Assembly: GCA_030616605.1 (NCBI GenBank) | Contig: JAUWWY010000001.1 | Coordinates: forward strand, 68,251 to 132,250 | Source: a bacterium | GTDB taxonomy: Bacteria > Patescibacteriota > Minisyncoccia > Minisyncoccales > CG1-02-41-26 | Reading direction: 5' to 3' | Length of the DNA: 64,000 nt | Notes under the pieces: generated by a model | What the model was told of the DNA's origin: nothing | Seen by the model: only the letters and a program-made list of their open reading frames with translations | The model's database searches: none | Shown: positions 1 through 9,582 of the stretch, one piece after another | Layout of the letters: each line of letters begins with the position of its first letter | How positions within the stretch are numbered: position 1 is the stretch's first letter | Position numbers and translations under genes: made by a program

Positions 1-7
1 TATTCAA

Positions 8-916
8 TTGATTTTTGAAGATAATAAAGCCTGTGATTCTAAAGAAACAGTAACAGCAATGAGGAAGTTGATAGATATTGATAAAGTTAAAGTAACCTTA
101 GTAGGTTGTTCAGGTGCTACAATGTCAGCCGCTCCAATTGCAGAAGAAAATCAAGTAATTCTATTAACCCCTATGGCTTCGGCAGGTCAAATTTCTCAAG
201 CAGGGGATTTTGTATTCAGAACATCCATTTCTGACACCGCGATGGGGAAATTTTTAGGAAAATATCTTATAGAGAAACTTAATTTCAAAAAAATTGCGGT
301 GCTTTATGCTAATAATGATTACGGAGTAGGATTTTTCAATAACTTAAAGCCCAGTTTTGAGAATTCAGGCGGAGAGATACTTCAGGCTGAAGAATATATT
401 TTTGGGGCGACAGATTTTAGAACAAATTTAACTAAGATAAAAGCAAAATCTCCTGAAGCATTGGTGGTTATTTCTTATGGTCAGGAGGGTGGTTTAATTG
501 CCAAACAAATTAAAGAATTAGATATAGATGTTCAGATAATTGGCGGCGATAATTTTGGGACTCAAGAAGTAGTTGAAGCAGGAGGAGAAGCAGTAGAAGG
601 AGCTATTTTTACCACTCCTGCTTTAGATGAAACAAAGCCAGAAGTAATAGAGTTAAAGGAAAAATTTCAAAATAAATATGGTAAAGAACCCCCTGTCTTA
701 ATATCAGTAGCTGATGGTTATGATGCGGCTAATCTTTTACTGGACGCAATTGAAGAAAAAGGATATAATCCTTTTGGTATTAAAGATTATTTATACTCTA
801 TAAAAGATTACCCAGGTATAAGCGGAGTAATCACAATTGACGAAAATGGAGATGCAGTAAAACCGGTAAGTATCCAAACTATCAAAAACGGACAATTTGT
901 GCCGTATGAGGAATAA
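8..916 (+). CDS. Branched-chain amino acid ABC transporter substrate-binding protein (LivK/Peripla_BP_6-like), 5' end truncated by window edge
   Basis: FEDNKAC, GDFVFRT, DFRTNLTKIK and GYDAA motifs; C-terminus TIKNGQFVPYEE shared with the next paralogues. Confidence 0.85.
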   Translation: MIFEDNKACDSKETVTAMRKLIDIDKVKVTLVGCSGATMSAAPIAEENQVILLTPMASAGQISQAGDFVFRTSISDTAMGKFLGKYLIEKLNFKKIAVLYANNDYGVGFFNNLKPSFENSGGEILQAEEYIFGATDFRTNLTKIKAKSPEALVVISYGQEGGLIAKQIKELDIDVQIIGGDNFGTQEVVEAGGEAVEGAIFTTPALDETKPEVIELKEKFQNKYGKEPPVLISVADGYDAANLLLDAIEEKGYNPFGIKDYLYSIKDYPGISGVITIDENGDAVKPVSIQTIKNGQFVPYEE

Positions 917-954
917 ACCTTAAAGACCGAAAAATAATTAAATCATAAAATATT

Positions 955-2085
955 ATGACAAAAATAGCAAAAACAATTTTATGGGTTGTCATTATAGTTA
1001 TCGTTATTGGAGCAATTTGGTATGGACTAACTAGAAAACCAGCTGAGGAAAAAGTGATTAAAATCGGGGCAATTTTATCGCTGACAGGTAAATACGGATA
1101 TTGGGGACAATATAATAAAAAAGGAATAGAATTAGCGGTAGAAGAAATAAATAAACAACTAAAAGACAAAAAGTTAGAGGTGATTTATGAGGATTCACAG
1201 ACAGATGCCGCTACTGGTTTATCGGCTTATAGAAAGTTATCAGATGTTAATAATATTAAAATTTTTGTAGTTGCCCAAGGTACAATTGCAAAAGTTTTAG
1301 CTCCAATAGCTCAAAAAGAAAAAAGAGTAATATTTGCTATTTCGGCTACCACAGCCGGGATACCCGAAACAGGAGATTTTATTTTTAGGAACGATATAAA
1401 TCCAGAAGATGAAATTGATAAATTAATAGAATTTGTTCAAAATAGGAATTACAATAAAGTTGCATTAATGCCAATAAATACAGAGGGTGGGGTTCAGTAT
1501 GCCGAATTATTTAAAGAAAAATTTGAAAAGCTTGATGGAAAAGTTGTGGCTTACGAAAAATACGAGAAAGGTGAAAAAGATTTTAAGACGCAGTTATTAA
1601 AAATCAAAAATACTAACCCCGAAGTAATTTATCCTATTTCTTCTCCAGGAGATATGGCACTAATTTTAAAACAGGCAAATGAATTAGGATTAAAGAAACA
1701 GTTTATATCTGATTTTCATATCGAAGGACCAGAACTTATTTCTGGAGCGGGTGATTTAGCAAATGGCATTGTATATACCCACTCTTTAAACTTAAAAGAT
1801 AACAGACCAAAATTACAAGAATTTATTAATGCCTTTAAAGAAAAATATAAAGAAGAACCAGAATATCAAGCAGCATTAGCATATGATACTATTCGAATTT
1901 TAGGTATGGTAATCAATAAATGTGGAGACAATGAAGATTGTATTAAAAATGACCTGTTGAAAATAAGAAACTTTGAGGGGATAACAGGAATGATTAATAT
2001 TACAGAAATAGGTGATACACAAAAATTAATCATTCTTAAAACCATCAAAAACGGCCAGTTTGTGCCATATGAAGAAAGTGATTAA
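955..2085 (+). CDS. LivK-like ABC substrate-binding protein with N-terminal membrane anchor
   Basis: TM helix then IKIGAILSLTG, YEDSQTD, DFKTQLLKIK, AYD motifs. Confidence 0.88.
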   Translation: MTKIAKTILWVVIIVIVIGAIWYGLTRKPAEEKVIKIGAILSLTGKYGYWGQYNKKGIELAVEEINKQLKDKKLEVIYEDSQTDAATGLSAYRKLSDVNNIKIFVVAQGTIAKVLAPIAQKEKRVIFAISATTAGIPETGDFIFRNDINPEDEIDKLIEFVQNRNYNKVALMPINTEGGVQYAELFKEKFEKLDGKVVAYEKYEKGEKDFKTQLLKIKNTNPEVIYPISSPGDMALILKQANELGLKKQFISDFHIEGPELISGAGDLANGIVYTHSLNLKDNRPKLQEFINAFKEKYKEEPEYQAALAYDTIRILGMVINKCGDNEDCIKNDLLKIRNFEGITGMINITEIGDTQKLIILKTIKNGQFVPYEESD

Positions 2086-2115
2086 GTGATTAAGTCATTA
2101 AGTAATTAATTTATT

Positions 2116-3237
2116 ATGTCTAAAATATTACAGACAATTCTCTGGGTTGTGATTATTGTGGTTGTGGTAGGATTAATTTGGTATGGACTAACTAGAAAGC
2201 CGGCCGAGGAAGAGGTGATTAAGATTGGAGCAGTACTTTCTCTTACTGGTATTGCTCAAAACCACGGGCAGAATAATAGAGAAGGAATAGATTTGGCAGT
2301 AAAAGAAATAAATGAAAGTGGTGGTGTTAATGGTAAAGAAATAAAGGTTATTTATGAAGACGATGCCACTGATTCCAAAAATACAGTTACAATAGTTCAT
2401 AAATTCATAGACATAGACAATGTAGATGTGATTATCGGGCCTACTTGGGATTTTTTAGCAAATGCTGCTATTCCTGTAATTGATAAAGGGAAAAAAGTAA
2501 CGATAACTCCTTCAGTTTTAGGTGATACAATTGAGGTTACTAGTCCTTACTTTTTTTCTACTTTTTCACCAGTAGCTTTTAAACAAAAAACAGTAGAAAA
2601 ATTTTTAGGGGAATTCCGGAATCAAAAGATAGGAATAATGATTATTAATAGTCCTTGGGCAGTAGCCCATTTAGAAACATATAAAAAAGCAATTTTAGCT
2701 ACCAATAATCTTTTGGTTAAAGAGATTATCTTGTCTGAATTTGATAATAATGAAATGAGCACTGAGTTAGCCATTTTAAAAGATTTAAATCTTGATGCTA
2801 TTTTAGTTTGTTTAAATGATTACGATTCAGTTAATTTTCTTAAGAAAGTTAAAGAATTAGATATTCAAGCTAAAATATTAGGCAACGAACATTTTGGTGA
2901 TATACTAAAAAATGGACTTCTAGATATGGATACAGCAGATGGTGTTTACTTTACTGATCTCAGTTTACCCTCTGAAGACTTTATTACAAAGTTTAAAGAA
3001 GTTTATAAAAAAGAACCAGGATTATATTCAGATACTGCTTACGACACCGTTTATTTAATAGCCAAGGTGATTGAAGAATATGGTAGAGATTCAGAAAGTA
3101 TAAGACAAGGATTAAAAAAGATAAAATATAATGGTGTTTCTGGAGAGATTAGTTTTAGCGAAAACAACTACTCTTCTAATAAAGAATTTGAGTTAATTCT
3201 CATCAAAAATGGCCAATTTGTTCCCTATGAGGAATAA
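2116..3237 (+). CDS. LivK-like ABC substrate-binding protein with N-terminal membrane anchor
   Basis: IKIGAVLSLTG, EINESGGVNGK, YEDD, AYD motifs. Confidence 0.88.
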   Translation: MSKILQTILWVVIIVVVVGLIWYGLTRKPAEEEVIKIGAVLSLTGIAQNHGQNNREGIDLAVKEINESGGVNGKEIKVIYEDDATDSKNTVTIVHKFIDIDNVDVIIGPTWDFLANAAIPVIDKGKKVTITPSVLGDTIEVTSPYFFSTFSPVAFKQKTVEKFLGEFRNQKIGIMIINSPWAVAHLETYKKAILATNNLLVKEIILSEFDNNEMSTELAILKDLNLDAILVCLNDYDSVNFLKKVKELDIQAKILGNEHFGDILKNGLLDMDTADGVYFTDLSLPSEDFITKFKEVYKKEPGLYSDTAYDTVYLIAKVIEEYGRDSESIRQGLKKIKYNGVSGEISFSENNYSSNKEFELILIKNGQFVPYEE

Positions 3238-3279
3238 TTAATAAAGGTCGGAAAATAAGTTATTAAATCATAAAATATT

Positions 3280-4401
3280 ATGACAAAAATAGCAAAAACA
3301 ATTTTATGGGTTGTTATTATTGTGGTTGTGATAGGATTAATCTGGTATGGACTAACTAGAAAACCAGCAGAGGAAGTAATTAAAATTGGAGCGATTTTAC
3401 CGTTGACAGGAGAGGCCGCTATAGCCGGGGTAAGTATTCAGCAAGGGATTGAGATAGCAGTAGAAGAAATAAATAAGGCGGGGGGAATTAAGGGTAGGCA
3501 AATAAAGGTAGTTTTTGAGAACGATGAATATGACAATAAAAAGACAGTAACGGCTTCCCAGAAATTAATTAATGTAGATAAAATAGATATTGGTATCGTA
3601 TCGTTTGTTCACGGAGCTAAGGCTGTAATGCCAATTTTTGAGCAGAATAAAATTCCATTGATGGTTGCCTGGGACAGCACCAATGAATTAGAGGAAGGAG
3701 ATTATATTTTTAGCACAGGATTTTCTACTGAATTATCTGGGAAAAAGATGGCTAATTACGCCTATAATGAATTAAATCTTAGAGAGGTTGCTATTGTTTT
3801 ACATCAAGATGAGTGGTCGGAAGCAATTGCCCCTGCTTTTAAACAAAAATTCCAAGAATTAGGCGGAGAGGTTCTATTAGAGGAGAAGGTGGCAATTGGA
3901 GAAAGCGATTTTAAAACTATTATTAGTAAGATAAAATCTAAAAATGCTGATGCTGTATATCTTCCTCTTGTTCCTGTGAATACAGATATGTTTTTGAAAC
4001 AAGCAAAAGAATTAGCACTAAAATCACAAATTCTATCTGGTGATGCTTTAATACCAGATATAATTATGGCAGCGGGTGATGCAGCCGAAGGAGTATATTT
4101 CACAAGTATCTATGTGGAAGATAATGAGATTTCGCAAGCACTTACTGAAAAATATCGAGAGAAATATGGAGAAGAAGCACCAGCCTTACCAATGGTTGCA
4201 TTTGGTTATGATGCTATGTTAGCAATTAAGAGTGCTATTGAATCAGCAGAAGAGATAACACCGGAAGGAATTAAAGATGCATTGTATTCTGTTGATATAA
4301 TAGGAGCTGGTGGTCAAATAAAAATTAGAGCAAATGGTTTATCAGAAAGAATAGAAAAAGTATTTAAAGTTCAGAATGGTGAAGGTATTTTGGTAGAATG
4401 A
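3280..4401 (+). CDS. LivK-like ABC substrate-binding protein with N-terminal membrane anchor
   Basis: IKIGAILPLTG, EINKAGGIKGR, DFKTIISKIK, GYDA motifs. Confidence 0.88.
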   Translation: MTKIAKTILWVVIIVVVIGLIWYGLTRKPAEEVIKIGAILPLTGEAAIAGVSIQQGIEIAVEEINKAGGIKGRQIKVVFENDEYDNKKTVTASQKLINVDKIDIGIVSFVHGAKAVMPIFEQNKIPLMVAWDSTNELEEGDYIFSTGFSTELSGKKMANYAYNELNLREVAIVLHQDEWSEAIAPAFKQKFQELGGEVLLEEKVAIGESDFKTIISKIKSKNADAVYLPLVPVNTDMFLKQAKELALKSQILSGDALIPDIIMAAGDAAEGVYFTSIYVEDNEISQALTEKYREKYGEEAPALPMVAFGYDAMLAIKSAIESAEEITPEGIKDALYSVDIIGAGGQIKIRANGLSERIEKVFKVQNGEGILVE

Positions 4402-4445
4402 TTAATAAAGGTCGGAAAAAATAAATAATTAAATCATAAAATATT

Positions 4446-5570
4446 ATGACAAAAATAGCAAAAACAATTTTATGGGTTGTCATTATAGTTATCGTTATTG
4501 GAGCAATTTGGTATGGACTAACTAGAAAACCAGCAGAAGAGGGAGTAATTAAGATTGGATTTATAGGGCCTCTAACAGGCGATGCAGCAGGTTTAGGTCA
4601 GAATACAAGAGCAGGTGTTGAATTAGCAGTGGAACAGATAAATGAAGCAGGAGGGATAAACGGAAGAAATCTTGAAGTGATTTTTGAGGATGGAATGTGT
4701 AATCCAAAAGAATCAACAAATGCAGCTAATAAATTAGTTAACGTAGATAAAGTGCCGGTGATAATTGGAGGATTGTGTTCCAGTGAAACTTTAGCAGCTG
4801 CTCCTATAGCAGAGAGTGGAAAAACTGTATTATTCTCATCTTGTTCTTCTAACCCAGATGTTACAAATGCTGGTGATTATGTATTTAGAGATTATCCTTG
4901 TGATAGTTTTCAAGGCAAAAAAGCAGCAGAAATTGCTTACGCAGATTTTGAGACAAGAAATGCTGCTATTTTGTATTGTTTAAGTGACTGGTGTGTGGGA
5001 TTAGACCAAATATTTAAAGAAACATTTGAAGGATTAGGTGGAACTATTGTTGCTGAAGAAAGTTATGAACAAACATCCAGAGATTTAAGAACTCAACTAA
5101 CAAAAATTAAAGCTACTAACCCCGAACTTATATATTTTGTTGGTTATACAGAAGCAACAATAGTTGGTTTGAAACAAATAAAGGAATTGGGTATAGAAGC
5201 TACACTTTTAGGTGGTGATGCTTGGGATGATCCGAAAATCCCTGAAGAAGCAGGAGATTCAGCAGAGGGAATATTATACATAAAACCTTTTGCTCCGTTA
5301 ACTGAGGAATTTAAAGCAGCAATGGAAGTTAAGACAGGAACAAAAGATGTTACAATCTGTACACCTCAAGCTTATGATGCAGTATATATTGTGGCCGAAA
5401 TAATGAAGAAAGTAGGAACAGACAGTGAGAAAATTAAAGATGAATTGTATAAAGTTGAGGGTTACGAAGGAGTTTCTGGAACAATTACCCTTGATGAAAA
5501 CGGAGACTTAGCAACGGCAAGTTATATCCTCAAGGTTGTTACGGATGGGGTGGCAGTAGATTATAAATAA
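4446..5570 (+). CDS. LivK-like ABC substrate-binding protein with N-terminal membrane anchor
   Basis: IKIGFIGPLTG, INEAGGINGR, GGLCSS, DLRTQLTKIK, AYDA motifs. Confidence 0.9.
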   Translation: MTKIAKTILWVVIIVIVIGAIWYGLTRKPAEEGVIKIGFIGPLTGDAAGLGQNTRAGVELAVEQINEAGGINGRNLEVIFEDGMCNPKESTNAANKLVNVDKVPVIIGGLCSSETLAAAPIAESGKTVLFSSCSSNPDVTNAGDYVFRDYPCDSFQGKKAAEIAYADFETRNAAILYCLSDWCVGLDQIFKETFEGLGGTIVAEESYEQTSRDLRTQLTKIKATNPELIYFVGYTEATIVGLKQIKELGIEATLLGGDAWDDPKIPEEAGDSAEGILYIKPFAPLTEEFKAAMEVKTGTKDVTICTPQAYDAVYIVAEIMKKVGTDSEKIKDELYKVEGYEGVSGTITLDENGDLATASYILKVVTDGVAVDYK

Positions 5571-5604
5571 AACTAACAAAGAACTGTTCTCTGTAGTTTT
5601 TGTC

Positions 5605-5638
5605 AAAAAAGCCCGCCGCCTGTCGCGGCGGGCTTTTT
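5605..5638 (+). terminator. Intrinsic terminator, potentially bidirectional
   Basis: AAAAAA-GCCCGCCGC-CTGTC-GCGGCGGGC-TTTTT. Confidence 0.85.
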
Positions 5639-5669
5639 GGTTTTCGAAATTTATGCTAGAATATGAAAT

Positions 5670-6374
5670 ATGCTTCAAATACAGAACTTAAAATCTGGCT
5701 ACACAGGAATGGAGATTTTGCACGGGATAAATTTTGAGGTCAGACCAGCAGAGATTGTTGCCTTAATTGGGCCGAATGGAGCAGGAAAGTCAACTCTCTT
5801 AAGGAGTATTTTTAATTTGTGTGAAATTTATTCAGGGAAAGTAATTTTTAAAGACAAAAACATAACTAAGCTTCCAACTCATGAGTTAATTTACCAGGGG
5901 GTAAGCTATGTACCTCAGGGAAGGCAGGTTTTCAGCAACCTGACTGTTAAGGAAAATCTTGAAATGGGAGCCTTTATAATGAAAGACCATGAATTAGTTG
6001 AAAGAAATGTAAAAGATGTTTTCAACAAATTCCCATTTTTAGAAGAAAGACAAAATACCCTCGCCTTAAATCTATCTGGCGGTGAGCAGCAGATGTTAGC
6101 AATTGGCCGAGCCTTAATTCAAGAGCCAGAATTACTTTTATTAGACGAACCCTCTTTAGGACTGGCGCCAAAAATAATGAAAGAAGTTTTTGAAAAAATA
6201 AAAAAGATTAACCAAGAAGGTATAGCCATAATAATTGTTGAACAAAACGCAAAAAAAGCAGTAGAAATTGCCCAGAGAACCTATATTTTAGAGGACGGCC
6301 AAATTGCTCTTCAGGGCGGCCGAGAAATCTTAGAAGACTCACGAATAAAAAATATTTATTTCGGCGGTAGATAA
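5670..6374 (+). CDS. livF: Branched-chain amino acid ABC transporter ATP-binding protein
   Basis: Walker A GPNGAGKST, YVPQGR, LSGGEQQMLAIGRAL, LLDEPSLGLAP. Confidence 0.92.
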   Translation: MLQIQNLKSGYTGMEILHGINFEVRPAEIVALIGPNGAGKSTLLRSIFNLCEIYSGKVIFKDKNITKLPTHELIYQGVSYVPQGRQVFSNLTVKENLEMGAFIMKDHELVERNVKDVFNKFPFLEERQNTLALNLSGGEQQMLAIGRALIQEPELLLLDEPSLGLAPKIMKEVFEKIKKINQEGIAIIIVEQNAKKAVEIAQRTYILEDGQIALQGGREILEDSRIKNIYFGGR

Positions 6375-6388
6375 TGCTATACTAAAGA

Positions 6389-7507
6389 ATGAATCTTTTT
6401 AAGATTTTTAAACCAAAAAAAAGCGAAGATTTTTTGGTTTTGGACTTTGGCAGAAGTTCGGTTAAGGGTATAATTTTTAGCCCGCCTATTATTAAAAATT
6501 ATCAGGTTGAGAAAATAGAAAGGTTCGGGGTTTTTGACGGAAAAGATTTTGAACTAGATGTTCTTAAAAGAGCAGCCACTAAAGTTATTGATGGTTTAGG
6601 AATCAAAGATGAAATTGCCAGGTTTTCCCAAATAATTAGCTTTTCTCCAGATATTTTAAAGGCTGAAGTCTTTGATTTATCCTACACAAGAGAAAAAGAT
6701 AAAGAGAAAATTGAAAAGAAAGAACAAGAAGAGATTTACCAGTCTATTTTTAAAAAAGCTGAAGAAAAACTTTCCAAGAAGTTCGAAAAAAACCTTCCTG
6801 GACATTTTAAAATTTTAAAAAAGAAAATTTTAGAAGAGAAAATCTCGGGTTACAAAGTTTCTTCAATTTCTAATTTTAAGGGAAAGAATCTGAACTTTAA
6901 AATTTCGGTTATTTTTTGCCCAAGAGATTATTTGAGCTTTATAGATTCTTTAAAAATTTCTTTAGGTTTAGAGAAAGCAAAGATTTATCATATAGTTGAG
7001 GGTTTATTTGATTTAATGCTGAACAATAGCGGAATTTTTGTAAATATCGGAGCTAAAAATACATTAATTGTTTCTTTTAAAAAACAACTTAAGTTTATAG
7101 AAGATTTTCAAATTGGAGGAGCTGACTTTTCAAAAAAGATTTCTGAGACTTTGGGATTAAAAGAAGTTGATGTTGAAAATTTAAAGAAGGATTTTTCTAA
7201 AAACAAATTAAGTGTTAAAGTAAAAAAGAGGTTAGAAGAGATTATTTCTCCGGCTTTGAATTCATGGCAAAGAAAATTTAAGGAAAAACTGGAAATTAGG
7301 GGTAGGACTTTTGATTTTTCTCAAAAAGTTTATCTTTTTGGCGGAGGAAGTCTTCTGCCGGGAATTAAAAAGAAGATTGAAGAACTCGGTGCAAGAAAAA
7401 TAAACTATCTTTTAGCCAAAGACCTACCCTTAAAAAACAAAACAAAAATTTCTTTTTCAGTTGAAGATACTTCCTCACTTTTATTAACCATTTGTAAATA
7501 TTTGTAG
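6389..7507 (+). CDS. Degenerate actin-like ATPase-fold protein (FtsA/PilM-like)
   Basis: LVLDFGRSSVK, FVNIGAKNT, IGGADFS and YLFGGGS actin-fold motifs. Confidence 0.6.
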   Translation: MNLFKIFKPKKSEDFLVLDFGRSSVKGIIFSPPIIKNYQVEKIERFGVFDGKDFELDVLKRAATKVIDGLGIKDEIARFSQIISFSPDILKAEVFDLSYTREKDKEKIEKKEQEEIYQSIFKKAEEKLSKKFEKNLPGHFKILKKKILEEKISGYKVSSISNFKGKNLNFKISVIFCPRDYLSFIDSLKISLGLEKAKIYHIVEGLFDLMLNNSGIFVNIGAKNTLIVSFKKQLKFIEDFQIGGADFSKKISETLGLKEVDVENLKKDFSKNKLSVKVKKRLEEIISPALNSWQRKFKEKLEIRGRTFDFSQKVYLFGGGSLLPGIKKKIEELGARKINYLLAKDLPLKNKTKISFSVEDTSSLLLTICKYL

Positions 7508-7511
7508 ATAA

Positions 7512-8759
7512 ATGAAAATAAAGATTTTTGACATTTTACCTCCCAAAGAGAAAAGAAAAGAAATAATTTCTAAAAAAGTTCATAAGAAAATTTCTCTTAA
7601 AAAGTTTCCCTTTAATTTATTAATAGGTCTGATTTTAATTTTTGGCTTAGGTTTTTTAATATGGATTACTTCTGGTTTTTATTCAAAATTATTTTTGGAG
7701 ATTCAGCCAAAAACAGAGACAGAAGTTTTTACTGAAGAAATTGAAATTAATATAACGCAGTCTTTCCCAGAATTTGAAAATAAAATTATTCCGGGAAGAT
7801 TTTTTGAAGTAGAAAAAGAAAAACAGCAAATTTTTGAATCTACAGGAAAAGATTTTACTAAGGAGAAAGCAGAAGGTACTATTAGAGTTTATAATTTTCA
7901 GAATCCTCCGAGAGCAATTAATCTTCAATCTAGAACTCGCTTTCTTTCCTCAGAAGGGGGTAAGATTTTCAGGTGTCCAGATAAAATATACTTGCCGCCA
8001 GCTCAAATTCAAGAAGGAAAAGTTGTTCCCAGTTTTAAAGATGTCAAGGTTATAGCTCAAGAAGCAGGAGAAGATTACAATATAGAGGCTTCCAATTTTT
8101 CTCTTCCTGGTCTTGTTGGAACTGCTTTGTATTACACTATTTATGCTGAATCCGAATCTCCAATGACCGGCGGTTTTGAAAAAGAGATTAAGGTAATAAC
8201 AGAAGAGGATTTAGAGGATGCGGAGAATATCTTAAAAGAAAGTCTGGAAAGATTAGCAAAAAATTCTTTAAAAGATAAACTTCCTGAAGATTTTATTCTG
8301 GCCAATGAATTTTTATTTATAGAAGATTTTGAACTTTCTTGTATGGAAGAAGCAGGAGAGAAAGTTTCTAAATTTAGTTGTCAGGCTAAAATGAAGCTTA
8401 AGGGATTGGGTTTTAAATTTTCCGATTTAGAAGAAATTGCAATCAGTTTTATTTCTTCACGTCTTCCTTCTTCAAAAAATCTTGATAGACAGAGTCTAAT
8501 TTTAGATTTATTTCCCAAAAATTTACTTTCGGAAACCGGAAAAATGATTTCTGATCTTGAAGTTAAAGTAAATGTCTATGATAAAATATCAGAAGAGATT
8601 CTTCTTTCTCAAATTAAGGAAAAATCTGAGACACAAATAAGAAATATTATTTTAAAGAATTATCCTCAGATTGAAAATATAAACTTTAACTTTTGGCCAT
8701 TTTGGGTTAAAGAAGCTCCAAATTCTTTGGAGAGGATAAAAATTGAGATAAAACCTTAA
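7512..8759 (+). CDS. Membrane-anchored hypothetical protein with baseplate-J-like domain
   Basis: Single TM near N-terminus; KAEGTIRVYN, VIAQEAGEDYNI, MTGG motifs resemble baseplate J/gp47-like proteins of CPR. Confidence 0.5.
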   Translation: MKIKIFDILPPKEKRKEIISKKVHKKISLKKFPFNLLIGLILIFGLGFLIWITSGFYSKLFLEIQPKTETEVFTEEIEINITQSFPEFENKIIPGRFFEVEKEKQQIFESTGKDFTKEKAEGTIRVYNFQNPPRAINLQSRTRFLSSEGGKIFRCPDKIYLPPAQIQEGKVVPSFKDVKVIAQEAGEDYNIEASNFSLPGLVGTALYYTIYAESESPMTGGFEKEIKVITEEDLEDAENILKESLERLAKNSLKDKLPEDFILANEFLFIEDFELSCMEEAGEKVSKFSCQAKMKLKGLGFKFSDLEEIAISFISSRLPSSKNLDRQSLILDLFPKNLLSETGKMISDLEVKVNVYDKISEEILLSQIKEKSETQIRNIILKNYPQIENINFNFWPFWVKEAPNSLERIKIEIKP

Positions 8760-8828
8760 TGGAAAGGTTGACTTTTTTGTCTTAATTTGCTAATTTGAGA
8801 ATACCTGCTTGTCTGCAGGTATCCCCAC

Positions 8829-9044
8829 ATGAAAAAAGATAAAATTAGAAAGCAAGGTCAAGTTATAGAAACTTTACCTAGTCTTTTATTTAAGGTCAAA
8901 TTAGAATCAGGTGAGGAAATTTTAGCTCATCTTAAAGGGAAGTTGAGACGTTACCGAATTAAAATTTTGACCGGAGATAAAGTTACGGTTGAAATAAGTC
9001 TTTATGACCCAAAAAGGGGAATAATTGTTTATAGATTAAAGTAA
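8829..9044 (+). CDS. infA: Translation initiation factor IF-1
   Basis: [42 protein letters not shown]. Confidence 0.97.
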   Translation: MKKDKIRKQGQVIETLPSLLFKVKLESGEEILAHLKGKLRRYRIKILTGDKVTVEISLYDPKRGIIVYRLK

Positions 9045-9045
9045 T

Positions 9046-9162
9046 ATGAAAGTTCGTGCTTCAGTTAAAAAAATTTGCAAAAAATGTAAAATCGTAAGGA
9101 GAAAAGGAAGAGTTTATGTGATTTGTGAAAATCCCAAACACAAGCAGAGGCAAGGGAAATAA
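9046..9162 (+). CDS. rpmJ: 50S ribosomal protein L36 (38 aa, below ORF-track cutoff)
   Basis: Manual translation [38 protein letters not shown]; lies between infA and rpsM. Confidence 0.98.
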   Translation: MKVRASVKKICKKCKIVRRKGRVYVICENPKHKQRQGK

Positions 9163-9176
9163 TTTTTAATTACAAC

Positions 9177-9566
9177 ATGCCACGTATTGCCGGTATAAAC
9201 ATACCAGAAAATAAACAAATTGAGGTTGCTTTAACCTCTATTTATGGAATAGGGAGGTCTTTGGCTTTAAAAATTTTAAAAAAAACCAATGTTAATCCAA
9301 TGAAAAAAGCAAAAGATTTAACTGAAAAAGAAGTTTCTGATTTAAGAAAAATTATAGAAGAAAATCATAAAGTAGAAGGCGACCTCAAACGAGAGATAAT
9401 GGGGAGTATAAAGCGGTTAAAAGAGATTAAATGCTGGCGCGGAATTCGCCATTCTAAAGGATTGCCAGTCCGGGGTCAGAAAACAAGGAAAAATTCAAGG
9501 ACAATCAGAAAGAATATAAGAAGAACGGTGAGTTCAGGTCGAAAAGCGCCGCCAGCACCAAAGTAA
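9177..9566 (+). CDS. rpsM: 30S ribosomal protein S13
   Basis: MPRIAGINIP..ALTSIYGIG..RGIRH.KGLPVRGQ. Confidence 0.98.
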   Translation: MPRIAGINIPENKQIEVALTSIYGIGRSLALKILKKTNVNPMKKAKDLTEKEVSDLRKIIEENHKVEGDLKREIMGSIKRLKEIKCWRGIRHSKGLPVRGQKTRKNSRTIRKNIRRTVSSGRKAPPAPK

Positions 9567-9582
9567 AAATAAAAGTAAAAAC

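Noticed and set aside
8..5570. Diversity-generating retroelement or invertase shufflon behind the binding-protein array
   Set aside because: No reverse transcriptase or recombinase in the window, no adenine-specific template/variable repeat pair, and all copies are in direct orientation.
7512..8759. Prophage or contractile injection system
   Set aside because: No other tail, capsid, terminase or integrase genes; the protein has a membrane anchor and lies among housekeeping genes.
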